A DNA stretch of 63,627 bases, filler included, from Sluysia triapertura (taxonomy: Eukaryota): assembly GCA_046118255.1 (NCBI GenBank). It is 4 parts of 4 records of this genome, joined end to end, with 100 filler letters (N's around TTAATTAATTAA, not from the genome) between each part and the next. Parts side by side here need not be neighbours in the genome. Positions count along the whole stretch, not along the records: positions 12,964 to 28,538 come from JBJNIA010224573.1; 3 more parts are not named here. The stretch is one strand, 5' to 3'. Shown in pieces: positions 13,058-27,979 of the stretch (positions within the stretch are counted from its first letter, which is position 1; each line of letters opens with the position of its first letter). A program made the position numbers and the translations under genes. A model generated the notes under the pieces. That model was given only the letters and a program-made list of their open reading frames with translations, was not told the DNA's origin and made no database searches.

Positions 13058-14258
13058 TAATATTGATATTATTAATATTATTATTAATATTAATACTAAT
13101 ATTAATATTATTATTATGATTATGATTATTATTATTATTGAATTAATTTTTGAATAAATATTTCAGTCAAGGTACTAAATCAACAGAAAATATTAAAAGT
13201 AAGTTGAATTTTTTTATCCTGCCACATTATTTCTTTTATTATTTTCTGTTTTATTCAATAATTCAAATATAATTGTTTGAATATACAAAAATTTAATTAT
13301 TTTATTTAAATGTTTGACTTTTAATTTTGTTGGATTAAGCGGTTCTAATGTTTTCTTTACTTATGTACACTAGGGTGCTCCTAAAAAGTGAAGTTTTGCA
13401 AATCAATCTCTCAAGCTCACCATTTTGTTACACTTCGTAAAAAAGTCATTTGAGTTTTTTTTGGGAATTTATAAACCAAATTTACTCAAAATTTGCAAAA
13501 CACAGAAATATTACAAAAGCCTCTGATACGATCGCGCAGACTCCACTCATCAGTGACATTCATAATTGCTACTGCAGTACAGTCTAACTTCCCGCTGTGC
13601 AGCTTTGGCACAGACAGAAGCTTGACTACATTTTCATCGGAAACAAGAAAGGGCAACCGGATTTTGACAAGTGAAATAGTCAATGATTTTATCGTCCTAA
13701 TGCAGTATTAATTGGACTGTTGGATGTGGAAGCTTGTTTTTTGGAGTGAAGTTTTTAAAATAATGTTTACTAAGTTCTTTAATTTTACTTAAGTTAAAAT
13801 TATCAAAACATGAATTATTAATATTAATTATTAATGTAGGCTTATTGAAATTATTCTTATTACTTTTCAAATTCGAGTTAATTACATTAAGAGTTAAATA
13901 ATAACGTAAAATGTTTTTATTCAAACTATACTCTAAAATTTTAAATAATGTTATTTTGTTGCACATTAAGTATTGACATATTTCCGAACATATTGAAGTC
14001 CATACATAGCAAAATTGATAAAATTCAACTAAAGAAAAATCATAAAATTTAAAATGTCGTACTTTGATTAATAACATAGTTCTTCATCTGTTGTGCTGGA
14101 ACATGACTCGTATCAAATGTACTTGTATCAATCGTCGTATCAAGGTAAAGATGGAATTACCACCTGAGGAACTTATATCATGTTGAGATTCATAATTTAT
14201 ATATTTACGTATCGTTTGAATGATATTCATAGGATTTAACAAATAAATTATTACTTAA

Positions 14259-14329
14259 CACATTATGAACGGGTATTCTTAAGTACAGTCCATAAAACGG
14301 GTAATAATACCCGTCCCGCTCATAATGTG
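14259..14329. mobile_element. 71-bp piggyBac-type mini-MITE
   Basis: TTAA-CACATTATGAACGG ... CCGCTCATAATGTG-TTAA: 13/14 TIR with TTAA on both sides. Confidence 0.75.
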
Positions 14330-14783
14330 TTAAGCATCATTATTTATAAGTAATTGAAAAAGTTATAATGAAAGAATGTCATTAATTATAATATAAATAT
14401 ACTTGATAAAACTTTTGTTACTTTTAATAATTACGTTAATATCAACAATTTTCATTAATGAATTAGGTGAAATTTCAATTTCTTGTGAATTGATGGTTTT
14501 ACTTTTATTACGAGTTTCATGATTAATTTTAACGAATAAAATTTAATTTTTTTATACGCATTAACGATGTATTGAACTTCATCACTCATATTCATATTAA
14601 GTGGATAAAAATTTTGCAAGTTCCAATTTTTTAATTTCAATAATTAATTGATACTCTCGCGAGGTTTTCAGACGTTCGTATAATGTATTGTCAATTGAAC
14701 GTATAAACTATAGTGATGATAATAAAAATTTTTTAAATCATTATTGAAATAGTTCTTCATAAGTATAAGAACGTTAAGATTTA

Positions 14784-14876
14784 CTAAAATTGTGTCCGAA
14801 TAAATTATGACTAAAATTGAATCTGAATAATTTATGAATAAAATTGAGTCTAAATAATTTATGACTAAAATTGTGT
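14784..14876. repeat. 27-bp minisatellite, about 3.5 copies
   Basis: Unit CTAAAATTGWRTCYRAATAAWTTATGA. Confidence 0.85.
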
Positions 14877-17819
14877 TGCTATTTAATTTAAACTGCCAGA
14901 TGCTTAATTTGTCATCTAATCGAAATTTTATTGGCTATTCAATAATTGTCTTTTTTGAATGGAGCCAATGTATCATTTTTTAGCACAGATATATCACAAT
15001 ACTTACACAAATAATCATTTAGAAATTTAATGGAATAATGATAATAATAATGATAATGATACTAATAATTAATAACGATAAGAATAACAATAATAATAAT
15101 AATGAAAATGTAATAATAATAATAATAATAAAATAAACTGTTATAATCAAATTTATAAATATAAACTTAATTCTTCTGTTGATTCATTAACTTAGAAACA
15201 TAAGTAAAACTTTCACTAACTCTACTTAAACTTTTCACTTCAAACTTTGTACTTTGTTCATTTTCTTTATGTTACTTTTGTCATCCATATTTTCACTCCT
15301 ATTGTTATTTTTATCAACTTCTGTGATATTTAATACAGTAAGTGATTTAAAATTTGAATCCAATTCTTCATAATTTAAAATATTAAATGAAGAGTCTTCA
15401 TTTTTGATAATTTCATCATTAAATTTTAATTCTAATGGATTCGAATTTGTGGCTGAAGTCGATGAAACTGGTATTTGATCTAGTGGAAATGATGGTAATT
15501 CAAAATCTGATTCTTTGGGATACTATAAATTTATGCGCTGCTTGCATCTCCTTTTGTGATCTTCTAACAATATGTTATCATGAGAATCATTTTCGCTAAC
15601 CGATTGTTCTTGCTCCATGTCTTCAATTGGACGGTCAAGTTCTTGTTTTTGAAACTTATTATCTACTTCTCGTTTAAATAATTGATCTTCTACATGTTAA
15701 ATAGGTTCTTCAAGCTCTTGATTGACTAATACAATTCAAAAGGGATTTAACTGTTGTATTAATCCTTTTTTTAGATAAAGAAGTATCATGTCTGTGCGAA
15801 ATCATAGTGGAATGTGTATTAGATGAAAAATGGAAAGTAGGAAGGATATAATAAAAAAATATGAAAGAGAATTAATGAAGTTAAAGGTGTTAACAGAAAT
15901 TCCATTTAGTTTATTATTATTTTTAAATTTTAAGTATGAATTTAATGATTTTTGATGTAATGAATGGATTAGATGTAAAGGTATAATTTTTAGCGTAGTG
16001 TGATGTAATGAAATTCTCTGTGAAGATACTCTTTCACGGTGTTTCATCCTTGCACTCCACAGAGCACTGTGGCTGATAATGATTTGTGACGGGTGAGCTC
16101 ATTTGTCAAAGCTACTGCCGTTAGTAGATAAGCAGCATTGCGATTACTCATGTTTGTCCTATTCAGTGCTGCCGCAACTGTAGGAGTTACAACATTCACT
16201 GTCCATCTCTTCAAATGTCTTGCATTTTTTTGAAGTGAATGCAGTTTTTGAATCTGACGACGACAAAATGTTTGTGCTTTCGCTGCTCTGCTGGCTTCAG
16301 CGAAATTTCTCTGCTTGATTTCTATCTACCCCAGCCATGGAACCTCTGCGACCTTCTCTCAGTGCTGTCAAAAACAAGTGATCTTCCTCAATATTTAGCA
16401 GATCCGTGGCATTGTTATGTGCAATGTCAAACCGGATGTTAAGGCTTTTTTTTGAATTCTTGCTAAATTTTTATCTGACTTTCGGTTAATGAGTTTCTTG
16501 AGCTCTTGTCATTGAGTATGTAGTTTTCTTACTTGCTCCACTATGTGACTGGGTGCTCTTGTTGAAATTCTGGTCTTTCCCAGATTGGTAACAGCAACCA
16601 GGTTGATCATTTTGTCATGATTATGATAGTGGAATAGGATTCTAAAGACCTCTCCACGAGATGGAACTTGGAAATAGTAAAACTCCCATGCGTCCCATCG
16701 ATAAGCTAGATAGTATCTAGAGCTCGTGCCTTGACAGTGACCTGTGGTTGAATAACACAAAACTCCAATGTTTCCATTGTCAATCTGAAATTTAAATTAA
16801 TAAGTCAAGGTCTATTCTGTAATAAATGCAATATCATTACCCATTACCAAAAATTGTTTTAAAGCATTACACAATAGGGTTATTTAGCAGAAAATTATAA
16901 AATTCTGACAATATGTGCAGCACACAAAACAAAATGATTAACACTCACAGAAAAGAATATCAAGTTTTTAAATCTTTTTGTCCAAATAAGCAAGTACATA
17001 GGCATTATGACATTGCTTGAGGATATGGATTCTTAACAAAGTTACTGTGTTACTAACAAGCAAAACCGTATAATGGCATCTGTACAATTTCTCGTTGCGT
17101 TTCAGTTAATTGTGTAAGTCCTAAATATCAAAATAACTGAACAAACCTTTCAATAATAGTATTTATACATAATTTAGTACAAAACTACAGCTTGGAGAAA
17201 GCAAACAGAGAACATCTAATTTTTGCTATAATGCATGAGAGCACCCTAATATTACTTAAATATTAGAATATTGTAAAGATTTAATCAATACATTTGGTGT
17301 CAGAAATATGTCATCTTCTGCTATTATTAAACGTTTTTAGAATTTATTTTACGTTAATACATTTATTTGAAATTACATTTAAAAATACGTTTAACTGTAA
17401 AATGTAGATTTAAAAATCAAATTCATTGAGACATAGGTGTTAATTTTTGGATTTACACATTTCTTTAGATTCAAAGTAATTCAAATTTTTCGTTACTTTC
17501 GAAATTCTTTATAAAATCTTAAATATTTTTTTCATTTTTTAGTTTTTAAACAAGCTACGTCGTAATATTTCATGTTAATGTTGTGTTCCAATATTTTACT
17601 CAAACCTTTATTCCAATTTTAACAAATATTACCATAATAACAAATTAAACTTTAAACCCTAATCACAAACGTTTCAATAGTTCAACACATAAAATCTATA
17701 AAAGTTATATGGTTCTACAAATCATATTGAAATTTTAGCTGAATATCTTATTTTTAATTACATTGAATCCTTCGGTAGAGCTAACTTTGTGTTGAAGAAT
17801 GAAAAGATTTGTGATTCGA

Positions 17820-18275
17820 AAAATTTGAATAAGAAATTTAAACTGTAGAGTGCAATGCTAGTTTCGAAACAGAATTTGTTTAATCAGCAATGTGATGCCC
17901 TTACTGAAATCAAGCATATCAACAACAGTACATTGCGACAATAACAAAATAGAATCACCAATAAAAAATAAACCAAATGTATTTGTCGAAAAGAAGTATT
18001 GAAATATTAAAACAAACATGAAAGATTAATCTGAGAAGATAAACAAAGTAAAGATAAGTTTAATAACAGATAAATTATTATAAAAAAACATGACGAACCT
18101 CAATGTCACCAAGAAACAAAGAATTTAATTGAAAATAACCAAGATTTATTGAAGCACCACAACCATGAAGAAGCAGAACACAAATTATGTTATTACAAGA
18201 AAGATTACATATCAAACAAAAAGATATTTAGAACAACGAAAATACTGAAATATACAAAGATTTTAAATCGAATAA
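17820..18275 (+). repeat. Dispersed repeat (decayed ORF) shared with 33060-33510
   Basis: Shared blocks such as AAGATTTATTGAAGCA..GAAGCAG.ACACAAATTATG..ATATTTAGAACAACGA..AATACTGAAA.ATACAA. Both copies follow a TG-terminus arm. Confidence 0.7.
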
Positions 18276-18479
18276 ACATGTTTAATTCGTGTAAGATTGT
18301 GTATAAAAGAACACGTAGTAAAGTTTCGAAAGCTTTAATAATAATCATTACAGTAAGAATTATAATATGCAACTCCAGAAAAAGAACATTTATGCATTTT
18401 ATTGGTTACAAATATGTTGCGATACAGGCCTAAGGTGCCATAGTGTAATTGAGTATAATAATCTAAAAATTGTTAGACG

Positions 18480-18523
18480 AGGCTGATAGCTCAGTGGTAG
18501 GGCATCGATCCCAGGTCAGTCCA
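18480..18523 (+). pseudogene. Internally deleted tRNA-Ala-derived copy
   Basis: Same as 50656-50726 but with the anticodon and variable region deleted between two TCGA microhomologies. Confidence 0.75.
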
Positions 18524-20010
18524 TTTTATGAAGTCTAACGGATATAATCAATGTAGTGTTTACGCTATTCTATGAAAATAATGATTATCATTTAAGTAAC
18601 AAAGAATTTGTGTCGGTAATGAAGCAGCGTTTGTTACGAGGTCTTGATAAACCGATGGATACACCGGTTTTGTCAGAATGTTAACTGTATTGACCAAATG
18701 TGACAGAGAATGATTATTGAATTGAAAAAAACAGTTAACATCACCCATTTAATAAAATTTTAATTTGTACGTAAGCAATTTTATTCTATTATTTACCTTT
18801 GTAAATTAAGTTATTAAATTAAAATAATGACAATAATAATAAAATTCATTTTTTAAAGATGTAATGCCAAAATGGCTTCCAAATTAATATAAAACACACT
18901 CGCATCCATTCAAATTATAATAATAACTATTTTTGATTTATACTATTTAATTTTAAATAAAAATAATGGTGGTGAGTATCTCACTTTTTTAATCTGAAGT
19001 CCAAATATTTAAGCCAACATTGTGTGCCGGTAAATATCTTGCAAATCAGTCATTGATAATATAACAAATAAATTTTATGGACCAAAATACCAAAATACAA
19101 AATGTCAACCGATTGATAAATAAACTTTAATAGAGATTATGATGTACATTTTTGATTAACCTTCGTCATTTGAAGTTAAATTTTTCAAAAATCAATGTTA
19201 ATTTTCACTAAGCAGTTTATAAATAAAAGTAGTGAATTACAAATAGAGCATTAATTTACCAAAAAACATTTTAAAATGTATTAAACTGTAGTATTAAATA
19301 TTTTCTTTTAAAATTTACCAACTTTAACATTTCCAATAATTTAATAAAATAACAAAGCTAAGTTTCATCATTATGCATTTTTATAAAAAAGTTAACTTTC
19401 AAAAATTATTAAAACAGTAAAATTCACAAGATTTCTAATTATTCAAAATCAGTAATCAGTAATATTTTACGTTTGAAGTTAATTAAATAAATTGGTCGAA
19501 ATCTTGATTAGGCAAATGTGATGAACCAGCTGATGAATCGCGAATCTGGCGAATGTTACTTCAATGTCACATATTTTTCACGAGCTGCTTTCGATGTAAA
19601 CTGTGAACATGAAAAATATTAGATTAAATGAAAGTGGATGATTAAACAAATTAAATTAAATTAAACAAAATAACCAGTTTAGGTATTATCAAATTGTGTA
19701 TGCATGAATCAATAATCAATTGACTTACGCTGCTGAAATTGAAGTTAGTGATTCATCTATGACAATTTCTCGTACATTTTCTAAAATTTCGGTTGAAGAA
19801 CTTGACTTTTCTTTATTCAAAACGGATTACTTGGTTCGTTAAAGATTTATTACTAAATTCTTCTTTTTGAAGAAATAATCATTTCTGATATTTTCTTAGC
19901 TTCTGGCTTATTTAATATTTTTACAATTTTCAGAAATAAGAATTTGTTAAAGTAGCTTCGATTATTAAAAAGCCATTATTTATGGATACTACTATTATGC
20001 TTATTTTCAG

Positions 20011-20873
20011 AAGATGATCCAAAAAAGAAATTAGAATATTTTATGGAATCGGATAAATTGTACAATAAAACAGATGAAACTATTTTCACAACCATTACGG
20101 GATCTGTTAATGATGACATGGCAACTCTTTTTACTGAAAGTCCAAGACGAAGAAGTATGGATAGCTTTTTAGATAGTCCAGTACGATTAAAATCTCGTAA
20201 ATCAAAAGTATTATGATAATAATTATTTTTATTATTATTAGGAGTTTTCAGGTAATGAATTTTTGTTTGAAAATATTCGTCCTAAAACAGGTCATGGATT
20301 ATCGCAAAATTTACCAAATGTTAGTTATATTATTCATTAGTCATTATTGTTTAACATGTATACAATAAAGATCTTAAATACAGGTGCTTCTAACAATATT
20401 TAGAATGTTTGTTATTGTTGTGTAAGGTTTATTATTTTTATTATTTAATAGAGCATTTTGTAAGAAAATTGAAAAGACTTTATAAAAATTACAAAATTTG
20501 TCGAAATCATCGTTAGATTTATCATTATATTTAATTTTCATATATTTACGAATTTTATTAATAATTTCGTTCTTAAGGCACTTAATAATAGTTACTTCAT
20601 GCCTCTGAGGGCGAATTAAATAAAAGTAAGACAATTTAGTTGTATTAGTAAAGACATAAAACATAACTACATTCTTGACACGCAAACAAAGTTAGATAAA
20701 TTAAAATTCTCACACAGATAAAGTCGGATAAGCCGCGATTTCAGATTCACCGGACCTGGAATTTCCTCGAGGATCCATGCGATTTCGATTTTGTATTCAG
20801 TTCTCACGCTTTGAATACGTTCAACACCGTGGATGACGCTACTCTTAAGAGACTATTATTTCCTCAAATTTAA
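20011..20873 (+). CDS. 3' exons of a protein of unknown function (20011-20207, 20242-20319, 20718-20873)
   Basis: Two phase-0 GT-AG introns (34 and 398 nt) join an open frame EDDPKKKLEYF..SPRRRSMDSFLDSPVRLKSRKSK|EFSGNEF..LPN|IKSDKPRFQIHRTWNFLEDPCDFDF..LLFPQI*. GC is elevated in the exons. Confidence 0.6.
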
Positions 20874-23061
20874 AATCATTTATTTCATAATTTCTAATAA
20901 CTATCATTTTACTCAAAATATCCAAATAATTACGAATTAATTTCAAATAGCTCTGGGTACATTGTCTGTATATAAAGCTACAAACATATATTTCCAAAAT
21001 GATCATCTTTAATTTTCCTTGCATGCGTTACAATGTTTTTTATAACATTTTCACTAAGTTCTATACCAAGTGTAAAATCATTAAACTTAGATACATAAAT
21101 TAGGCATGAACGACATTCAAGTACTTTCATATTTTACATTTGTAATTACATTTATCCATCGACTGAACTAAGACAGAAATGTTACCATTATTTTTTACAA
21201 AGAGCTTACTAAATTCCGCACTATCATCAGTTATATGACATTAATATCAATCCAAATGCTAACGATCTCAATTGACTAGATAAATTAACATTCCATCCCG
21301 TAGACCATTGAAATTTTAAAAATACTGATTTATCTACTCTAATAAACATTTCACAACATTTTTATATTATTCGACATTACTAAATAATAACATAGTGTAA
21401 ATATATCCAATAGTAAATTGTATTTTAAGATCAAATGAATTGCAAATAAACAGAGATAAAAATTAAAATACTTTAAATGATCTGAAATGATAAATAAAAT
21501 AATAAAAACACTTACTAATAAATCTTTTCGCCAATGAAATAACAAAAATAATTATCCGTTTGTGTGTTTCCGAAATGGAAATCATTAATATTAAAAATCG
21601 AACCAATAATAATCCCAACATACCTCATTCCTAAGGGAAACTGTCTGACCTCCGATACAAAAAATCACACTGTAACATACAAATAGTATAAATGTATTAC
21701 ATTCAGACCGAATAAGGTATGAAAAAAGCATATCACGTACAATGTTATGATAGATCATATCCGTTGATACCACAGAAATATACACTATCTGCTAGAAAAT
21801 GTTCAATTAATTTAAGTTTATGAAATACTTAGAAATACTTATGAAATACTCATTGTATCATATAATACTACAATGAATGATATATTTCAGGCTTTTTGAG
21901 TACCTGTTTCACTCTAAATAACAATATAATACTAATATACTATTAATATTTATTTGTATTCTTTTGAAAATTTATTTAACATTTCAATTAAATTTTTAAT
22001 TTAGCATTGCGTAAATTTTTCTCAAATATATATATATCCATAAGCTAAGGAAGTTAACTTTTATAATTGAAGATTACATAAAAACCCGCAAAATATAATT
22101 TTTATAGTCATTTTAAATAAGGACTCAAAACACTTTGCAACTACTAATTTATATAGAGTTTAAACTGCTGAATAAAAATCCTTCAGACAAGTACTTAATA
22201 ATTGAATCATTTTTAATTTGTGATAATAGGTTCTTGGATTACACCATATCAATATGTCTTCTTGTTAAGATTGTTAAAAATTGATAATGATTTAGTTTTT
22301 CGTGTAATTAATTTTGGTATTAACATAATTTGGAATTTGTTTAAATAAAATAAAAATATATAAAATCTTTATTCAAAAATGGACACAGGAAATGTTGCTT
22401 CTGTAGCTCTTCTATGGGCTCATGAGATGTAAATAAAGCTAACGAAGATTAAACGTGTTCATCGGTTACAACTAACAGCTACAGAAGGCCAAATAAAATA
22501 AAATTAAGTAGTCAAATATTTATAAATTTATTCCCAATTTAAATAAACAAATTTGTTTTACGTGCGTCCAAATACAGCTGCAGTTCAGATAATTGGAAAT
22601 ACAGCTGTGGTACAGTGATCTTCGTCTCGAATCCAATCAAGATACTCATATTGGAATTCAAACTGCTTTTGTGACAAGAAAAATGAAAATGATTTCGTAA
22701 GTTCTCAATTGGCGTGATACAAATACTTTTAAAGTATCAGATAAATATGTGAGTATTTTCAATCTTGCAATTTTTATATTTGTATAATTTTCAATATTAA
22801 ATAATTTTTTCGTAAATAATACCTTTTAATAAATAAAAATGAACTTAATAATCAAAAGTTAATGTAAAGTGACTTCATGAAACTGAAATAGATGTAGTGT
22901 ACAATTGATGCATTTTACAAGATCATTTTAATACGCACAAAAATTGAATAAATGAATCGTGATAAAATTACTGACCTTTGTAATTTCTCGGGTTTGTTAA
23001 TTTTTATTACGAAACTTTTCTCTTTTTTTTTCTCTTAAACTTTTCTCTGTGATAACCAAAA

Positions 23062-25219
23062 ACAATATTACAATAATTAAGTAAATAAATTATAACAGGA
23101 ATATCTGGAGAATATTTACTAATATCGAAATTTTTTACAATTGGTTTAAATTTATTTTTGTGTATTATTGGATATTTAAGCATAATTGATTAAATTTTGC
23201 ATTGAACGATATTTAAAGGTCTTAGTAATTGAATAAGTAAAGTTTTATGAGAAAACTTTAAGAAAATGGATAAACCGTATTATAGATTGATTTTTGGTTA
23301 GTTTATTATTTAATTTATATTATTTATAAGTAATGCATAATATAGTTAGAGTTAAAAGTGTTATCGATTTTAAATTAAAGTCTTATTTATTATAACATAG
23401 TAATGCTAAAAATGATAAAACTTTTGTTAAATTGATTTTATCTGTTTTTACTTATTAATAAGTTTAATAAAATAAATCTTTATAATTGTCACTACTGGTG
23501 TAAGAAATGTTAATAAAATTTATTTTGAAAATACATTTTAATAATAAACAATATTATGCACAAAATCAATTCCATTATATTGCTTTAGCATACTTGTATT
23601 AAGTTTGTATAATAATAATTGCCTAACAATTTCAATTCTTATTAATAAGTTTAGTTACTTTTTTTCAATACATATTATATAATCTTTAAAATTGCATAAT
23701 GTTTGAAATAGCAGTAATAGGGCGTTCGTAATTGTTTTCGTAAATCAATACTGTATTGACAATAAAGTTGATATTGTAATTATTGGTTTTATAAAATAAA
23801 CTAATTTAAAATAATTATTAAATAATTTTCGTCATGTTTTTTTAATAAATAATTGCCAAAAAAATCATAAATTCACTTTGTACACTTATTTTAAAATTTA
23901 CTTATTACACAATAAAAACATTATAATTGTGATAACAAGTGCTGAAAATTGCCTAAAGATATTTTATGATTTATTTAATAAAAAATATTTTAAAATTACT
24001 CAATATCAAAAATAAAATTATACAATGTACATTGTAATTTAATACTAATCAATTTAGAAAACTGAATTTTGATAATTAGTATAATAAAAAATGTTTTGAT
24101 CATAATTTTAGATTATGAACTTTATCAAATACATTTAAAGTTTTATAATACATTGAATTATATCAAAATGATAACAATGTAATGTATATTCCGAAATTAC
24201 ATTAAACAATTTATATTATAATATTTCTAATATACGGCCATATATAGTATCTATATAGTATATATTACTAAAGCAACTTAATTGAAAGAAATATTTGTGA
24301 AATGCAATGAATTTATTGCATGCTTATAGAAATATCTCCTAAAAAACATCAATTCTTATGAAATTTATAAACGATCTTCTATTCGAACAACGACTAGATT
24401 ATTATGAAGAAATTAGAGTCATATTTTCTAAATGTGATTATATTATAACTTGATAGATTATATTATAAATTTATAATTTATACAGATTTATATACATTAT
24501 ATTATAAATCTGATTATATTATATTTTTACTAAACCCATTATCAAATTTGTAGTAGTAACTGTGATAGCCAAAAACGATATACACATTTTTACCTTTACA
24601 TAGGGAAATCTTTCGTTTCCTTATTTCAAACATTATGCAATTTTAAAGATTATATAATATGTATTGAAATTAAAGTAGTTAAACTTATTAATAAGAATAG
24701 TTAAAATACAAACCATTTCTTATTGAAATTGTTAGGCAATTATTGTTATACAAACTTAATACAAGTATGCTAAAACAATATAATGGAATTGATTTTGTGC
24801 ATAATATTGTTTATTATTAAAATGTATTATCAAAATAAATTTTATTAACATTTCTTATACCAGTAGTGACAATTATAAAGATTTATTTTATTAAACTTAT
24901 TAATAAATATACCTGTAAAATCAATTTAACAAGAGGTTTATCATTTGTAGCATTACTATGTTATAATAAATAAGACTTTAATTTAAAATCAACAACAATA
25001 ATCCTAATTTTTAACAATATCTATAATACGGTTTATCCATTTTCTTAAAGTTTTCTCATAAAACTTTACTTAATCAATAACTAAGACCTTTTAATATCGT
25101 TCAATGCAAAATTTAATCAATTATGCCTAAATATCCAATATGCAAAATTTAAATTAAACCATTTCGATATCAGTAAATATTCCTGTTATAATTTATTTAA
25201 ATAATTATTGTAATATTGT
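23062..25219. repeat. Long inverted repeat, arms about 23062-23710 and 24622-25219
   Basis: For example GTTTTATGAGAAAACTTTAAGAAAATGGATAAACCGTATTATAG is reverse-complemented at 25021-25065. Arms are highly similar with small indels. Confidence 0.9.
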
Positions 25220-27979
25220 ATAATTTATTGAATCTATATGTGTAATTATCACTTTTATAATTGATTATAAAATTATATTGTTGTTTTAACTTATCATATG
25301 TGTGTTTGCTGTTTGAAATTTAATATTTAACAAATAAAATTTAATTTTGTCTCGTTGATGGTTTATATTTATACATATGCATAAAATCATATGATATATA
25401 GTACTTAAAATAATTTGGATATTAAGTGACTATATCTAAAATAATGCTATACTTGCTTGCTACTACTACTACTGATGCTGCTTATGTTTTATATAAAATT
25501 AACAAGTAACTTTTTGAAAACCAGTTAAAATCACTTTGAAGGTAAAATGGTTAAATTAAAACGTTATGAATTATAATGATAATAAAAATAGTATAAATTA
25601 TTATTATTATGAAGTATACATTCGTTATCACAGTGACTACTACAAATTCGATAATGGGTTTAGTAAAAATATAATATAATCACATTTATAATATAATGTA
25701 TATAAATCTATATAAATTATAATATAATCTATTACATATTATTATCTTTACATGGGAAATCTTTCGTTTGCTTCTTAAACCTTCACTTATTATAAAATTA
25801 ATATATTTATTCAAAAGTAAAAGAAATCCATTTCAAAATTTTAATTTTTGAATATAAGCATATAAACAAAACATGCAGCATAACTTCATGCCTTTAATGG
25901 AAAATCAGACATTCAGAAGAACTTTACCAAATACATTTAAAGTTTTATAATAGATTGGAATTATATCAAAATGATAATGTAATATATATATTCCGAAATT
26001 ATATTAAACAATTTATATTATTACAATATTTCTAATATACGGCCCTATATAGTATATATTACTAAAGCAACTTATTTGAAAGAAATATTTGTGAAATGCA
26101 ATGCATTTATTGCTATAACCTCAACCTTATAAAAATATTATTATTAGATCATTCGCGGGTTTGCTGATTTCTTTTACAATGCTTTTGTCTTAAATTTAGT
26201 AATATTAAATTAATTGTAATATTGGTATTGCAAAATACATTATTTAAGATATATATTTTATTTTATTTAGAATATTTAAAATTTAAAAAATAATTCGTAT
26301 AAAATAATATTAGGAAATTTGTGTAATTATTTATAATAATTGCAATTTAATATGAAATATTTAATTATTTAACAAATCCGAAACTTTGTTCTATCCGAAT
26401 TAAGTTTACAAGTACTATTTTTATTTTCTTTTATGAAAATTTATTAGTATTATATTGAAGTTAATGGAGCCGGAACCATGTAATTCTATACAGTGCATGT
26501 AAATATCAAGAAAACAATTCCATAAAGCAAATTATCCAATAGGAGATCGATTTACAAATTCAATTATTAAGCTTTCGAATTAATTCAATTGATGACCTGT
26601 GAAAATTCACGACAGGTTTTACTAAAATCATCTATTCGAGGATCATGAATTCATGAAATGAAAAGGTGTTAAAGTATCACCCTTGAGACGTGTAAATAAA
26701 ACTATTAGTTAAAGACACAGAGTACTAGATTATCAACTTTCTGAAACACCAAGACTATGATTGTGGGTATGATTAGATGACTTACGAATTGCACCGAACG
26801 AAATTGATGCTATAGTAAAAATTTTAAAACGTAGCTTAGTAAGTGGAGATCGTAGAAAAAGTATTAGCATAATGGGATCTTATTTCCAGTAAAAGTTTCA
26901 CTTACATCTAATTTTTCAATTAAAGCTTAACACTTACAGGTAAAATTTAGTGAAACATTAAGAATTGGAAATAAATAAATTGCGATGCACTAAGTAATAA
27001 AAACTACAAACTTTTTTAAATTCTCGAGTTTGTCAATTTTTTTTATAATGTTTTTGTCTTTATTTTAGTAATATTAAATTAATTGCAATATTGGTATTGC
27101 AAAATATATTATTTACGATTTATATTTTATTTAATTTAAAAAATATTTCTTTAGTTATAAGCAATTTTATCAACTTGAAATTGCTTTAAATATATGGTAT
27201 CGGCATGCAAAGATTTTACATTTACAAAGCCATTGTACCTACAGTTTTAATGAATTTGCACATTTTTATTATGTACAAGCATTTATTCATTGCACACGAG
27301 CGCTAAATTATGTGCATTAGTCTACTGATATTTAGTAGTGGAAGGTTATTAACATAAGATTTGTACTTGTTTACTTGGATTTGGGACAAAATTTTGTTTT
27401 AATATGATCCTAAATTTTTAAAGTTTATTGTTAATACTTTATGTTGATCAGTGTTTTTTGTCAGGCCTATTCCATCTATTGTTAACAATGTTATGTCATA
27501 TATTAGTTACTGCTAAATAAACTTTTTATTTTTATTCATTACTTAATTATTATAAAAATCGTAATTAAAAATTATTTCATATTAATGATTTATATTTGAA
27601 TTAGTTTTATCTAATTTTATTTTAATAAAGGTAAATTTATAAATTAAGAATTTCATTTTATTTATTATCAGATATTTGTATTATTTGAACAAAATAGCGT
27701 TCTAATTGTTTATCATTGTAACACTTATTTTATCTTCTCATTTTCAAATTATGTATTTATTTTGTCATAGTTTTTAAATATTTCATTTAAATAGGTCAAT
27801 TTTCAATTTAATTGATTTATCAAATTACATTTAAAGGTGTTTAGGCTATTTTTTATAGTTTTGTTATTAGCAGAATTATTTGAGTAAGGTTTATTATTTA
27901 ATCTTTTAAAACAACAATTCACATACATTATTATATGAATTATTAATATGACAATTAATTAAAATTAATTTTATTTTAG

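Larger units (their letters stand above)
13371..17248 (-). mobile_element. hATm-like DNA transposon, internally deleted and interrupted by nested insertions
   Basis: TIR TAGGGTGCTC (13371) / GAGCACCCTA (17239-17248). Minus-strand transposase pieces: PSRGEV..RFDIAH..IEEDHLFL..GRRGSMAGVD..AAALNRT (about 16020-16790) and RLPFLVS..LLSVPKLHSG..DEWSLRDRI..C (13510-13690). No TSD seen. Confidence 0.7.

Noticed and set aside
14784-14876. Short repeats as a possible CRISPR array
   Set aside because: Head-to-tail units without spacers, in a eukaryotic context.
19525-19555. CTGATGA..CGAAT, hammerhead-core-like
   Set aside because: No GAAA, no proper stem II or cleavage triplet context; lies in coding-like sequence.
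18560-19830. Minus-strand exon-like pieces with GTAAGT/GTGAG donors
   Set aside because: Could not be joined into an open frame or assigned to a family.
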